Positions 1 through 10,385 of a stretch of DNA of 64,000 nucleotides are shown here, piece by piece (within the stretch, counting starts at the first letter, position 1; every line of letters begins with the position of its first letter). The stretch covers positions 1 through 64,000 of the forward strand of contig JAAPAO010000007.1 of assembly GCA_013115145.1 (NCBI GenBank), written 5' to 3'. The position numbers and the translations under genes are program-made. Source of the stretch: Perkinsus chesapeaki ATCC PRA-425 (lineage: Eukaryota; Protista; Perkinsozoa). The notes under the pieces are model-generated. The model was not told the origin of the DNA, did no database searches, and saw only the letters and a program-made list of their open reading frames with translations.

Positions 1-73
1 TATATTGAAGTTACTAAACCACCTCCCAGGGTATATTGAAGTTACTAAACCACCTCCCAGGGTATATTGAAGT
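1..73. repeat. 31-bp tandem minisatellite (at least 2.3 copies, cut by the window edge)
   Basis: TATATTGAAGTTACTAAACCACCTCCCAGGG is repeated exactly at 1-31 and 32-62, with a partial copy at 63-73. There are no spacers. Confidence 0.9.
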
Positions 74-346
74 GGATACTAAACGAGAATCTTAACGTAA
101 ATTTCGCTTGCCCGTCGAAATTTGAGCTACTATGTGTAATGGGCGATATCCTGCGTTTCAGTTGTCTTCTTGCAATCCACTTGCATTCTTGCATTCTTGC
201 TCTTCCTCAACTGGTGCCCGTCGTGTGTTTCGCATAGCTCGATGCAGCTGAGACGCCCTTTGCGTCGTTCTGCAATTAGCCTCCAGTGTCGCACTGCGCT
301 AGATACAATACCTCGACCAGTAGGACGTTGTTTAGTCATCCTCTAA

Positions 347-2357
347 ATGCCGTCGGATTCTAAGACCAACTATGCCGTCGCGGCCGCTGCCGCCGCCACC
401 ACTGCTGTTGCAGCTGGTGCCGCTGGCTATGCCGTCTACAAGAAGATGCAGGGCTATGATAAGTAATTAAAAACTCACTCTTTATCGTGTGATACAGAGA
501 GATCTTCCGTGTGCGAATGCGATGAATCGTTGTAATGGATTGTTTCGTGAGAAGCGTTTTGGATTTCCTATAGGCTGATTGGGCAGCCATGCTCATGGAT
601 CTAGTTAATTAGTTACTCTCGAAGTGCTTCTTGTAACCATGCTTCTTCAGGACGGTCACCGAACTCCGAGGAAACATCTCCCAGCTGGAGGACGAGAACT
701 CTCATCTCTGCCGTCCCGTCGTCGGCAGCTTGACCGGCGACGATATCTTGCTTCCCGGTAAGGTTGGACATTTAACCTCTTAAGTATCTTATCGTGTTCT
801 GTTTAGGTGAGAGCCTCACTTACTTGAAGCCTTCCAACTTGGCTGAGAGGTTCGGTAAGAAGGAGCACACCACTCCTCTGATCGAGAAGTACGAGGGTCA
901 ATTGAAGGACTTCCAGGATGAGAACTCCATCGTCACTCAAACCATCTGGCGTAACAAGGACGACCATCACAAGCAGTTCTTGCGATACCTCCGCGCTGGT
1001 CCTCGTGAGAAGGTCTACTTCAACCCCAAGGAAGTCACTGCTGCCATCGTCACTTGCGGTGGTCTCTGCCCCGGTCTTAATAATGTCATCCGTGGTCTCA
1101 CACAGATGCTTGAGGAGTACGGTGTGCCTAAGATTTACGGTGTCAAGGACGGCTACAAGGGATTCGCCAAAGATGAGTGCTGGATCACTCTCGACAGCAA
1201 GAAGGTGGAGACTATCCACAGAATGGGTGGCAGCGTCTTGGTCTGCAACCGTGGTAACGATCCTATCGATGTCATGGCTGAGGCCATCATGAAGAAGGGT
1301 GTTAACATGATGTTCATTGTTGGTGGTGATGGCACTCACAGAGGCGCCGATAAGATCCAGCAGTATATGGTCAAGGTCAACTACGAGTGCTCTCTTGTTG
1401 GCATTCCCAAGACCATTGATAACGATATCCCCATCATCGATGACTCCTTCGGTTTCAGCACTGCTGTCAGTGAAGCCGTCCGTGCCATCGAGGCTGCCTA
1501 TGTTGAAGCCACTGGTGCCCCCAACTGTATCGGTCTCGTTAAGTTGATGGGTCGTAATTCCGGATTTGTTGTTCTTCATGCCGTCTGTGCGGCTGCCACC
1601 GTTGATGTTGCTCTCCTACCCGAGATGGACATCAGTCTTCCAAAGGTGATTAGTCAATTCATCTCCATTTTATCATTCATTACTTTTTAGCTTCTCGATT
1701 ACGTCAAGCAGAAGATCGATAAGGACGGCCATATTGTTATTGTTGTTGCTGAGGGTTGCGGTGCCACTTTAATGCAGGCTGATCCCAACCTTAAGGATGC
1801 TGGTGGAAACATCAAGCTCCCCGATGTCGGTGTCTATCTTAAGGATAAGATCCTTGACTTCGCCAAGGCCAATGGTCGTAACGACTGGACTGTCAAGTAA
1901 GTGGTCTTAAATCGCGCCTGTTACCGTGGTAGAGACAAGCCTGTCAATGTTGTTCCTACTAGGTATATCGATCCCACTTACATGATCCGTGCTGTCCCTG
2001 CCAACCCCAGTGATTCCACCTACTGCCACGTGCTTGCCCATAACGCCGTTCACGGTGCCATGGCTGGTTACACTGGCTTCTCTTGCGGCAAGTGTGATCA
2101 AAGGTAACATTAAAGTAGTGTTTGTTTTCTTTCATTATCGTTCATCAGATACGTGATGCTGCCCTTCAAGGCCATCACTGGTCGCAACCCTCGCCAGGTT
2201 AACACCGCCGGTCGATGGTTCGCCAGAATGATCATGTTCACTGGACAGCCCAGCTTCGTAAGTTTGTGGCACCATGTCCGATCTATCTCATTTTATCCTA
2301 TTTTAGCTTCCTGAGGGACACGTCCCGCGTCACAGCTCGACTCTCTTAACCCATTAA
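347..2357 (+). CDS. PFK: ATP-dependent 6-phosphofructokinase (plant/group X type), copy 1, multi-exon
   Basis: Motifs [38 protein letters not shown] and [14 protein letters not shown] join across GT-AG introns. ATG 347 (MPSDSKTNY), stop 2355-2357. The small 5' exons are only partly resolved. Confidence 0.95.
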
Positions 2358-2891
2358 GATGTTACGGTGTTGATGACTACCACGTAAACGTCAGTAAGAC
2401 CAGAGTGGAAGACGGCGATTTCTTTTGGTGCCATTTTCTGGTCTCCCGCTTGGGCCCCCACTTTGATGACGTGTAGAATAACATTGCATTCCTTCCCCTT
2501 ATTCTTCTTCTCCTCTAGTGCTACAGTTATCTCCCCATTACCTTGTCTATTATTGTGGTTTGAATACCGTTTATTGATGATAATACTTACATCAAGGATA
2601 CGAGAAGGTAGCTGTTCCTATCCACATTACCAGTTCAACAGCAATTGTCGATAACACTTTTCGACGACGACTTGGACCACTTAGTTGCTATTCTCGTAGT
2701 TGTGCTAGCAAGCGTTGTGCTGCTGTTCGAAAAGTTTCGACAATCATAAGGCGAGTAACGCTACTGAAGTTGTGCTCTATAGGAGCAGAGATAGTACATT
2801 GTTGAGTTGTTATTACCGCTGGACGCGCGTTGATGGAGAGCTTCTAAATGGGTACGGGTGAGGGGTACTGAAGTCGCCAGTTGTTGCGGAT

Positions 2892-4938
2892 ATGTCCGGA
2901 GATTCCAAGACTTCGTCCTTAACGACTGCTGCTGTCGCGGCTGCTGCAACCGCGGTTACTGCGGGAGCTGTTGCTGGTGTTGTGTATAAGAAAATGAAAG
3001 GATATGAGAAGTAACGTTACAGTATGGGGGAAGGTTGCTTAGTAACGAAAGAAGAAATGAGCAATCGATGTTCATGATTGTCTTCTCCATCCGATTCGTG
3101 ATCTCTTTGTTCCGCGTGCAGGTATTCATTGTCATTATTACAGTTGCAAGTATGTATAGGGTCATACGTTAGTCGATCTGCAGTTGCACTGTCAGCAAAG
3201 CAAGTAGTCGTCTTTAGGGTGGTGTCAGAGCTCAGACAGCATATAGCAGACATACAGGATGAGACCACTCGCCTGACTCGACCTGTAATCGGTAGCATGA
3301 ACGATGATGACATCCTTTTGCCCGGTAGAAGATGCTGGCCGATACGTTCGGGGAGGTTATTGTGTTGTTCTAGGAGAAAGCCTGACATACCTGAAACCGG
3401 CGCATCTCGCAACTCGTTTCGGAAACAGGTCTTTCAAGACCCCACTAATTGTAGGTTCTACTGATTTTACGGCTATGGCACTGTAGCCTTTCAGGCGGAG
3501 TACGAGGGTCAATTGAAGGACTTCCAGGATGAGAACTCCATCGTCACTCAAACCATCTGGCGTAACAAGGACGACCATCACAAGCAGTTCTTGCGATACC
3601 TCCGCGCTGGTCCTCGTGAGAAGGTCTACTTCAACCCCAAGGAAGTCACTGCTGCCATCGTCACTTGCGGTGGTCTCTGCCCCGGTCTTAATAATGTCAT
3701 CCGTGGTCTCACACAGATGCTTGAGGAGTACGGTGTGCCTAAGATTTACGGTGTTAAGAATGGTTATAAAGGTTTTAAGCATGACAACTGTTGGATCAAA
3801 CTGGACTCCGATAAAGTTGAGACCATTCACAGGATGGGCGGAAGCATTCTCGTTGCCAATCGCGGCAACGATGATGTTGATGAGATGGCCAAGGCCATAA
3901 TGGGCAAGGGCGTGAATATGCTTTTCATCATCGGTGGTGATGGTACTCACAGAGGAGCTGATAAGATCCAGAAGGCTATGGTGGCGGCTAACCACAAGTG
4001 CGCTGTTGTGGGCATCCCAAAGACCATTGACAACGACATTCCTCTCATTGATGGCTCTTTCGGGTTTACTACTGCGGTAGACGAAGCCGTCCGTGCCATC
4101 GAGGCTGCCTATGTTGAGGCCACTGGTGCCCCCAACTGTATCGGTCTCGTCAAGTTGATGGGTCGTAATTCCGGATTTGTTGTTCTTCATGCCGTCTGTG
4201 CGGCTGCCACCGTTGATGTTGCTCTCCTACCCGAGATGGACATCAGTCTTCCAAAGGTAATTAGTCAATTCATCTTCATTTTATCATTCATTACTTTTTA
4301 GCTTCTTGATTACGTCAAGCAAAAGATCGATAAGGACGGCCATATTGTTATTGTTGTTGCTGAGGGTTGCGGTGCCACTTTAATGCAGGCTGATCCCAAC
4401 CTTAAGGATGCTGGTGGAAACATCAAGCTCCCAGATGTCGGTATCTGGCTGAAAGACAAAATAATGGAATACGCGAAGGCCAACGGAAGTAACGATTGGA
4501 CCATCAAGTAATATCAGACTATACGAAAGACACTCTTGAGCACCGCGCCTACTAGATACATTGATCCCACTTATATGATCCGTGCTGTCCCTGCCAATCC
4601 TCATGATTCCACCTACTGCCACGTGCTTGCCCATAACGCCGTTCACGGTGCCATGGCTGGTTACACTGGCTTCTCTTGCGGCAAGTGTGATCAAAGGTAA
4701 CATTAATAGTGTTTGCATTCTTTTATTATCGTTCATCAGATACGTGATGCTGCCCTTCAAGTCCATCACTGGTCGTCCTCCTCGCCAGGTCAACACCGCC
4801 GGTCGATGGTTCGCCAGAATGATCATGTTCACGGGCCAGCCCAGCTTCGTAAGTTCGCCTACTTTATATCAATCTCATTCGCCTCTTCAGCTCCCTCCAG
4901 GACACGTCCCTCGCCACAGTTCTTCGTTGCAAATATAA
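2892..4938 (+). CDS. PFK: ATP-dependent 6-phosphofructokinase, tandem copy 2, multi-exon
   Basis: Same motifs as copy 1. ATG 2892 (MSGDSKTSS), stop 4936-4938. It has one extra intron near 3444-3494 relative to copy 1. Confidence 0.95.
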
Positions 4939-5582
4939 GACCACTGCTCGCTGACAGCTCTGTGCGAAAGGCTGCCTTTCCGACAGTCATCATATGATAC
5001 TATTGTTAACTCATGCTCCTAGGCTCCTCTCGTAACATGTGTATTTTCCGCTAAAACAGCGCTTCATTATTAGATTAGGTGTATTAGCTTGAGGCCTTAG
5101 TCGATTCGATAACCAAGAATGAATCTTAGCGTTCTCCACGCAACTAGCTCTGATGCCTTGTGTTCTAGTCTCCTCAATAAGCTATTCTTTTATACCTTAC
5201 CATTGCTGAGATAATCGTACACTCTATTCACTATCAATCCTGTCAGGATCAGGAACTCTCGCAAACCACAAGCCACATGGGATTGGGGCTGTTTATCTCT
5301 CCTGGCGGAGTTCTCTGCGCACTTAGCTCTCCTTGCGAGTTAACTCGGTCTGACTGGGATCCCCGAGTGTTATTACCGGCAAACATTGAATATCTTTTTC
5401 CTCAGTAATGTGTTGCGTATAGACTAAGTAATGGAGGTTTACTGTGTGCAGTGTCTCCTAAAGTTGTGTATAAAGTGCTAATCCTATTTGGAACTCAAAA
5501 CCTACATCATCAACCACTACACTCAATTCTACAACAGTTGTTAGTGTACTCGCCTAGTAAGCAGAAGAATAAGGTATCTTCA

Positions 5583-6275
5583 TTACTCGGGCACTCGTCT
5601 CAAATGCCGACGAAGGAATGGTTCGACCAGCTCCTGTAGCTCGCTGTTTGCCTTCTTCACTTCAACGATAGAGTCAGTTACCAACGAGAGGCCATAAACT
5701 CTGACCAAGGTCCACAAGACGCCGATGCATCCAAGCAACCCTTCTACAGCTTCAGGCTTTGACAGAACTGATAGCAGCCACGCCCCAGCCATTTTGTGGA
5801 TGTCACTTTGCTGCTGGTCCAGCGAACTGAGGGCAGCAGCGTAGTCACTGGTGTAGGGGACAATAAAAATTATGATGGCAACGGCACCGATTATTGACAG
5901 GACTTCGGCAGCTTGAAAGATTCTCACCAAGACAGGTATCTTTGCGCCAACTCCGATCATACCGAGACTCGCCGTGAGACCGACGAAGAGGCAAAAGCAG
6001 ACGCAAATGGTGTTGTAGAGCGAGAGAGCTTCAAAGGGTATGTGGGAACTCAGCGATTGTTGAAAAGTCGCTTTAAATTTGGACGACTGATCGTAATCGA
6101 GGCCGTTGAGGCTGACAAGGACCTTGACAATAGCTAGGGAGAGCAGATCAAGTCCGCGAACACCACTAACATAGCACCTTATACAGACAATGGCACAGAA
6201 CAAAGCCTCTGAGAGACCGTAAAGGAAGGACCCCAAACGTGCTGGAAGACAGAACAGAAATGACGTTGGTCTCAT
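5583..6275 (-). CDS. Multi-pass membrane protein, unknown function (about 4 TM; probably spliced)
   Basis: The 280-aa ORF contains several hydrophobic segments and an N-terminal FLFCLPARLG motif. Start and end positions are approximate. Confidence 0.5.
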   Translation of the reverse strand: MRPTSFLFCLPARLGSFLYGLSEALFCAIVCIRCYVSGVRGLDLLSLAIVKVLVSLNGLDYDQSSKFKATFQQSLSSHIPFEALSLYNTICVCFCLFVGLTASLGMIGVGAKIPVLVRIFQAAEVLSIIGAVAIIIFIVPYTSDYAAALSSLDQQQSDIHKMAGAWLLSVLSKPEAVEGLLGCIGVLWTLVRVYGLSLVTDSIVEVKKANSELQELVEPFLRRHLRRVPE

Positions 6276-6360
6276 TAGGATAAAGAAGCCTAAACACAAT
6301 ACTATTCCCATCAACGCAACAGCAACAGGCAAACAGCGTACGGGCATGAGGGCGTTCATG

Positions 6361-7899
6361 TTAGAGAGGCTCGAAATTTTCAAAGGTGTCTCTGGCAGCG
6401 GTACTCTTCCCCGTAAACCCTCCACTGCCAGCTATACTGCTCGAGCTGCTGCACAGGGCCTGGTATTGAGGTACCGACGGAAGAGCAATGGCCCACTACC
6501 CGACAGTAGGCCGCAGCCGATGCTACTAATGCCGGTATAGATGTCCAGGTACCCTTGTGGGGGATAGCATTGACGCCGCTGGCACCGTTGACATGACAGT
6601 TGTAGATGTAGCCGAGTAAAAGATAAAAGAAGAACATAACTCCGATAACTCTAAAAAACGACAAGTCCGATAGCCGACAGCAGAGGGGCTCACTGGAGGG
6701 TATAGACTACTCCGGCAGGCTGCTGGACGACTGGACCGCTGAAACTGTTGTGCTGTGATGTGGAACTCTGAGATGGCGGCGAACGCGGCGCAGCGGCCTG
6801 TTAGGAAGTGGCATTGAATAACGATTCTAAGCTTACTCCGGCTAGTGCAGATTGGACCGACTCTAAAGGATGCAGCATGGTCTTCACAGCCCCTTTGACG
6901 CTACTTGCTAGACTGTCACCAATACCAGGAGACTCGAACATCGGCGGTGACGATGACACTAGACAAACGAGACAGTGGAGCTGCTTGGTGGCTGTGCGTT
7001 GCTCCTACCGCTCCGACCCTTGCCAATATCGGCAAGGTGCTTCTTAAGTGCTTGAAAGTCATGGTCAGATGCCATGCCATATCGCCGGCCGAGGACTTCC
7101 AGCTCAGTGTTGGCCGCAGCCAGCCTGCACTGCAATCGTTTCATTTGCGCTGCCCCACTACGTCTGAAGGAGCTCCTTGTTGTTGCTTTGTGCCGTGGAT
7201 GCCCCCGGTTCTTCTACGATGGTACCGACTCTGGCAGGATGCAAGGCTTGCTGCAGCAGCTTGGATTGTGACTGATACACGGCAGGCGCTGGGCGAGCGG
7301 TCCGCCACCGAATACCATGAAATTCAGCTTCTTCATTTCGCCCATGCCCGGCATGTCTTTGAAACTGACCTCATGAACGCAGATCCCCCGAAAGCCAGTC
7401 GATCCAGCTGTGGGAGAACGTGGAACTTTGTTGGTCGTCTAAGCAGTAGCCTACGAGTGCCGTGGACGCATCTGTAGTTCCTGGCATTGACACCAGTGGT
7501 GTCGCAGTCCTGAGCTGTTATGCAGGTACCAATGCAATAGTCTTGGCCAGCCTCGACTGACAAGCAATAGTTCCCCCAGACAGCCATTTCATAGGCGCCT
7601 CTAGACCGCCCTATACTACCACTGTCCTCCAACAGGCACGATGCTGCTGGTGATGTATTTGGGCAGACAGGGTCGTGGATGCCCGAACCACAGCGACTAA
7701 CGCAGACATAACCTGACAAGATACCCGCCTTGGATGACACAGTACTACCATTAGCATCACCGAATTGGTCGCCATTTATCCCTTTAAGAGCATCGAGATA
7801 GTACAGCTGAGCAGGCTCCTGCCAAAGCCCACATGGGCTTCCAGCACCGCGGACTGTCGGGAGGAGTAACGGTAATAACCAGAGCCGACAGCTCGACAT
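6361..7899 (-). CDS. Type I membrane protein, mannose-6-phosphate receptor/ATG27-like
   Basis: It has a signal peptide (MSSCRLWLLPLLLPTVRG) and a Cys-rich lumenal part. The spliced TM segment VIGVMFFFYLLLGYIYN is followed by GASGVNAIPHKGTWTSIPALV, which resembles the juxtamembrane tail of M6PR/ATG27. The protein ends in FENFEPL*. Joining the 5' and 3' parts into one gene is inferred. Confidence 0.6.
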
Positions 7900-7904
7900 T
7901 TCCT

Positions 7905-9150
7905 TCAACAATATTTCTTCGGCCGGCCGCCACTCCCACTTGACACACTAGAACTCGTCAATAAGGCAACTAAGTTTGCTATGAACACCAATAAGGTCAT
8001 GCGTGATAGCAGAAGCTCCTTGATAATCTCATCTGGCTGCCGCACCAAATGGTTTCCTACTAGTCCCTTGCGGGATGGCACTGGACGCAGTAGCATCGTG
8101 AAGGGACCGTGTGAGCTGCGAGCTATGACGTAGAAGCTCATCCAGACGACTGGACGAGACCTGCAAACTTGCCAGGTCTGGACGATAGCTGCAGTAGTGT
8201 ATTACTTTGCATTCCCTGTCCACACGATTAACACTAGCAGCTACTCTGTCCTTCTCTAACTCTGCCAATCCTAGCTGCTTACGAGCAGACAGGACGTTGG
8301 GCTTAGTACGGGTTACCTTACAATCAATATATTTTACTAAAGCCTCTTAAGTTGGACGATACGGTTCTAGAGTTGGTACTCTAGATGGTATGGTTTGCCA
8401 GTAGGGCTTTTCAAAACACCATTGCGTCCCTTTTAAGCATCCACCTAACACTACCTCTGCCCTTATAGCCAATAGCTCTCTCGAGAGCCCCTCACTGCAC
8501 CTCTCTTTATCAGTAGCTTCCTTCTCAGCTATAGCATAATCCCTACCAGGGATGGCCCAATACAGACCGGACACAGTTACACTACCTTCGGGCACCGTTC
8601 AAGGCGTTTTGCTTCCCAGCATTCTCGCTCTCTAATGCCTCGCATTTTTTCTCCAATTCGACGGCCTGAACCTCATGAGTGGCTCACCAGACGGTCATTC
8701 CGAGTTAGTAGTACCTCGCCGTTGTCCTCATCCAGCTGGTTTGTGGTCTTCCTTAATCGAATCTGATTCAAATGTCGCCTTTTCTTCAGACGTTCGATCT
8801 CGGCCAAAAGAGACTCTCGTTGAGCTCCTAGCTCGTGGACCTAGGGTATCCGAAAATCTTACGAGTGCGCTAAAGATTCCAAAGCTCTCACCTGAGTGAC
8901 CACCTCAGAGCTGACGAACTCTATATCGTCTCGGCAAGGGAGAGCCCTGCAGGAGAAGGCCCGCCTGGTGGGTAGCGAACGAGACCCGCTACCTGAAGAC
9001 AAGGTTCAAGAGTGTTGAGAGCGGGCCTGACCATTTCCAAATGGCTTCTTTTGTTTGCTAGAGCTTTTCATGACGGTCAAATGCCTTTGCGACGACTGCA
9101 GAACCTGCGCTGCTCTTGCTAATCTTGAATTTCCTCAACGGGAACATGGC
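7905..9150 (-). CDS. Hypothetical coiled-coil protein (multi-exon, boundaries approximate)
   Basis: Exon-like heptad segments ELLAEIERLKKRRHLNQIRLRKTTNQLDEDNGE and AVELEKKCEALESENAGKQNAL are flanked by GT/AG sites. Confidence 0.4.
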
Positions 9151-9204
9151 ACTTAAGGGAAAGGCGTCTCTTCTTGCCGCATTTTAGACTAATGCCTTTC
9201 GTTA

Positions 9205-9843
9205 ATGCCTCGTAAATCTCGTAAGAAGCATCTTGATAGAACTCTGCGGTCTGGCCTCGGCCCGGGCAGCTGTAACAAGTATCGGGACATCACAGCTACA
9301 CCATGCTTCGTTACGATGTTCCAGCCGAAAACGGTATGCGGGAAAACGGACGGAAGAGACATATTCAAGGGGACCCAGAATCCCTATCAGTTCGATAAGA
9401 CGTATCTTGCCAGAGTTCAAATGGCTGCGGTAAGACTATAACGTGTGGTAGTTGGCTTAGATTAAAGTCAGGACCAAGCGGCCGAGGCTTATTACGATAC
9501 AGTGGTCCAGAAGGGCCGACAACGCTTATATGGGGAAGGCCAGAGCGAGAGAACATTAAGTAGAAGCCACTCCTTAACACCGGAGGCCTTCTATTGTGCT
9601 TTTAAAGGGATTGATGAGGATACTGTGGGGCACTTGGATACAACCATGCCAGGGTAATAGAACCGGCGGCAGTTATTAGAGAATATAGGACCTGGCTTAG
9701 GACGGTAGGACTGTGCTCCATCTAAACGTTATGGTATATTAACAAATGATGTATCTCTATGCGTTATAAGCCTGCCAGGAAATGCTGTATTAGCCTAATC
9801 TTATTTCGGGCTGTAATTTCCCATACGAAGGAGTTGATACGAT
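9205..9843 (+). CDS. Hypothetical multi-exon protein (boundaries approximate)
   Basis: ORF 9205-9441 is followed by several canonical-looking short introns (gtaag...cttag, gtaatag...attag). No family was recognised. Confidence 0.3.
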
Positions 9844-10385
9844 AACGTGTCTTTGACGGAATCTGCCCGAATTCTATCGTTTCAGCTACACCGGCTATAA
9901 CCCTGGCGTAGGCCCTCTTGGGATACATGCTATCACATACTCCAAAGCCAACATTATGGGTAAGGCCGCAAGGTTACCTATATACAGACGGCAATGGAGC
10001 GGATACCTTTAGTGATTGCTGTTCATCACTGTTGTCACCTCACTAAGATACTTGCGTTGTTTAATTAGATATGCCATGGGTGCAGTTTGTCGTTACTGTT
10101 ATGTCTCTGCAGGACATAGAAGCTACTTTACTAGCCACAGCACTATTAGAGCCGGACATAGGTAGTAGCATCGATTGGGAAGAACTTCAATAAGGAAGGG
10201 CCATCACGCCGGAATTGGGCGTTTTAGTTCTTCATTCGTAACTCACTATCATTTGGTTGGTGACGTATTAGATAGCACTGCTGTTCCTATCAAGTTTCAC
10301 AGTGATAATTATTGCAGTCTGCTATTCACTGACGAACACAAGGATTATTGAGGGGATAGGAAACGTTGAATGAATTACGTCTGCT

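Noticed and set aside
1-73. CRISPR array
   Set aside because: The repeats are directly adjacent with no spacers, and the context is eukaryotic.
803-4190. Long antisense ORFs over the PFK genes (803-1579, 3357-4190)
   Set aside because: These are codon-bias shadows of highly expressed genes, duplicated only because the PFKs are duplicated.
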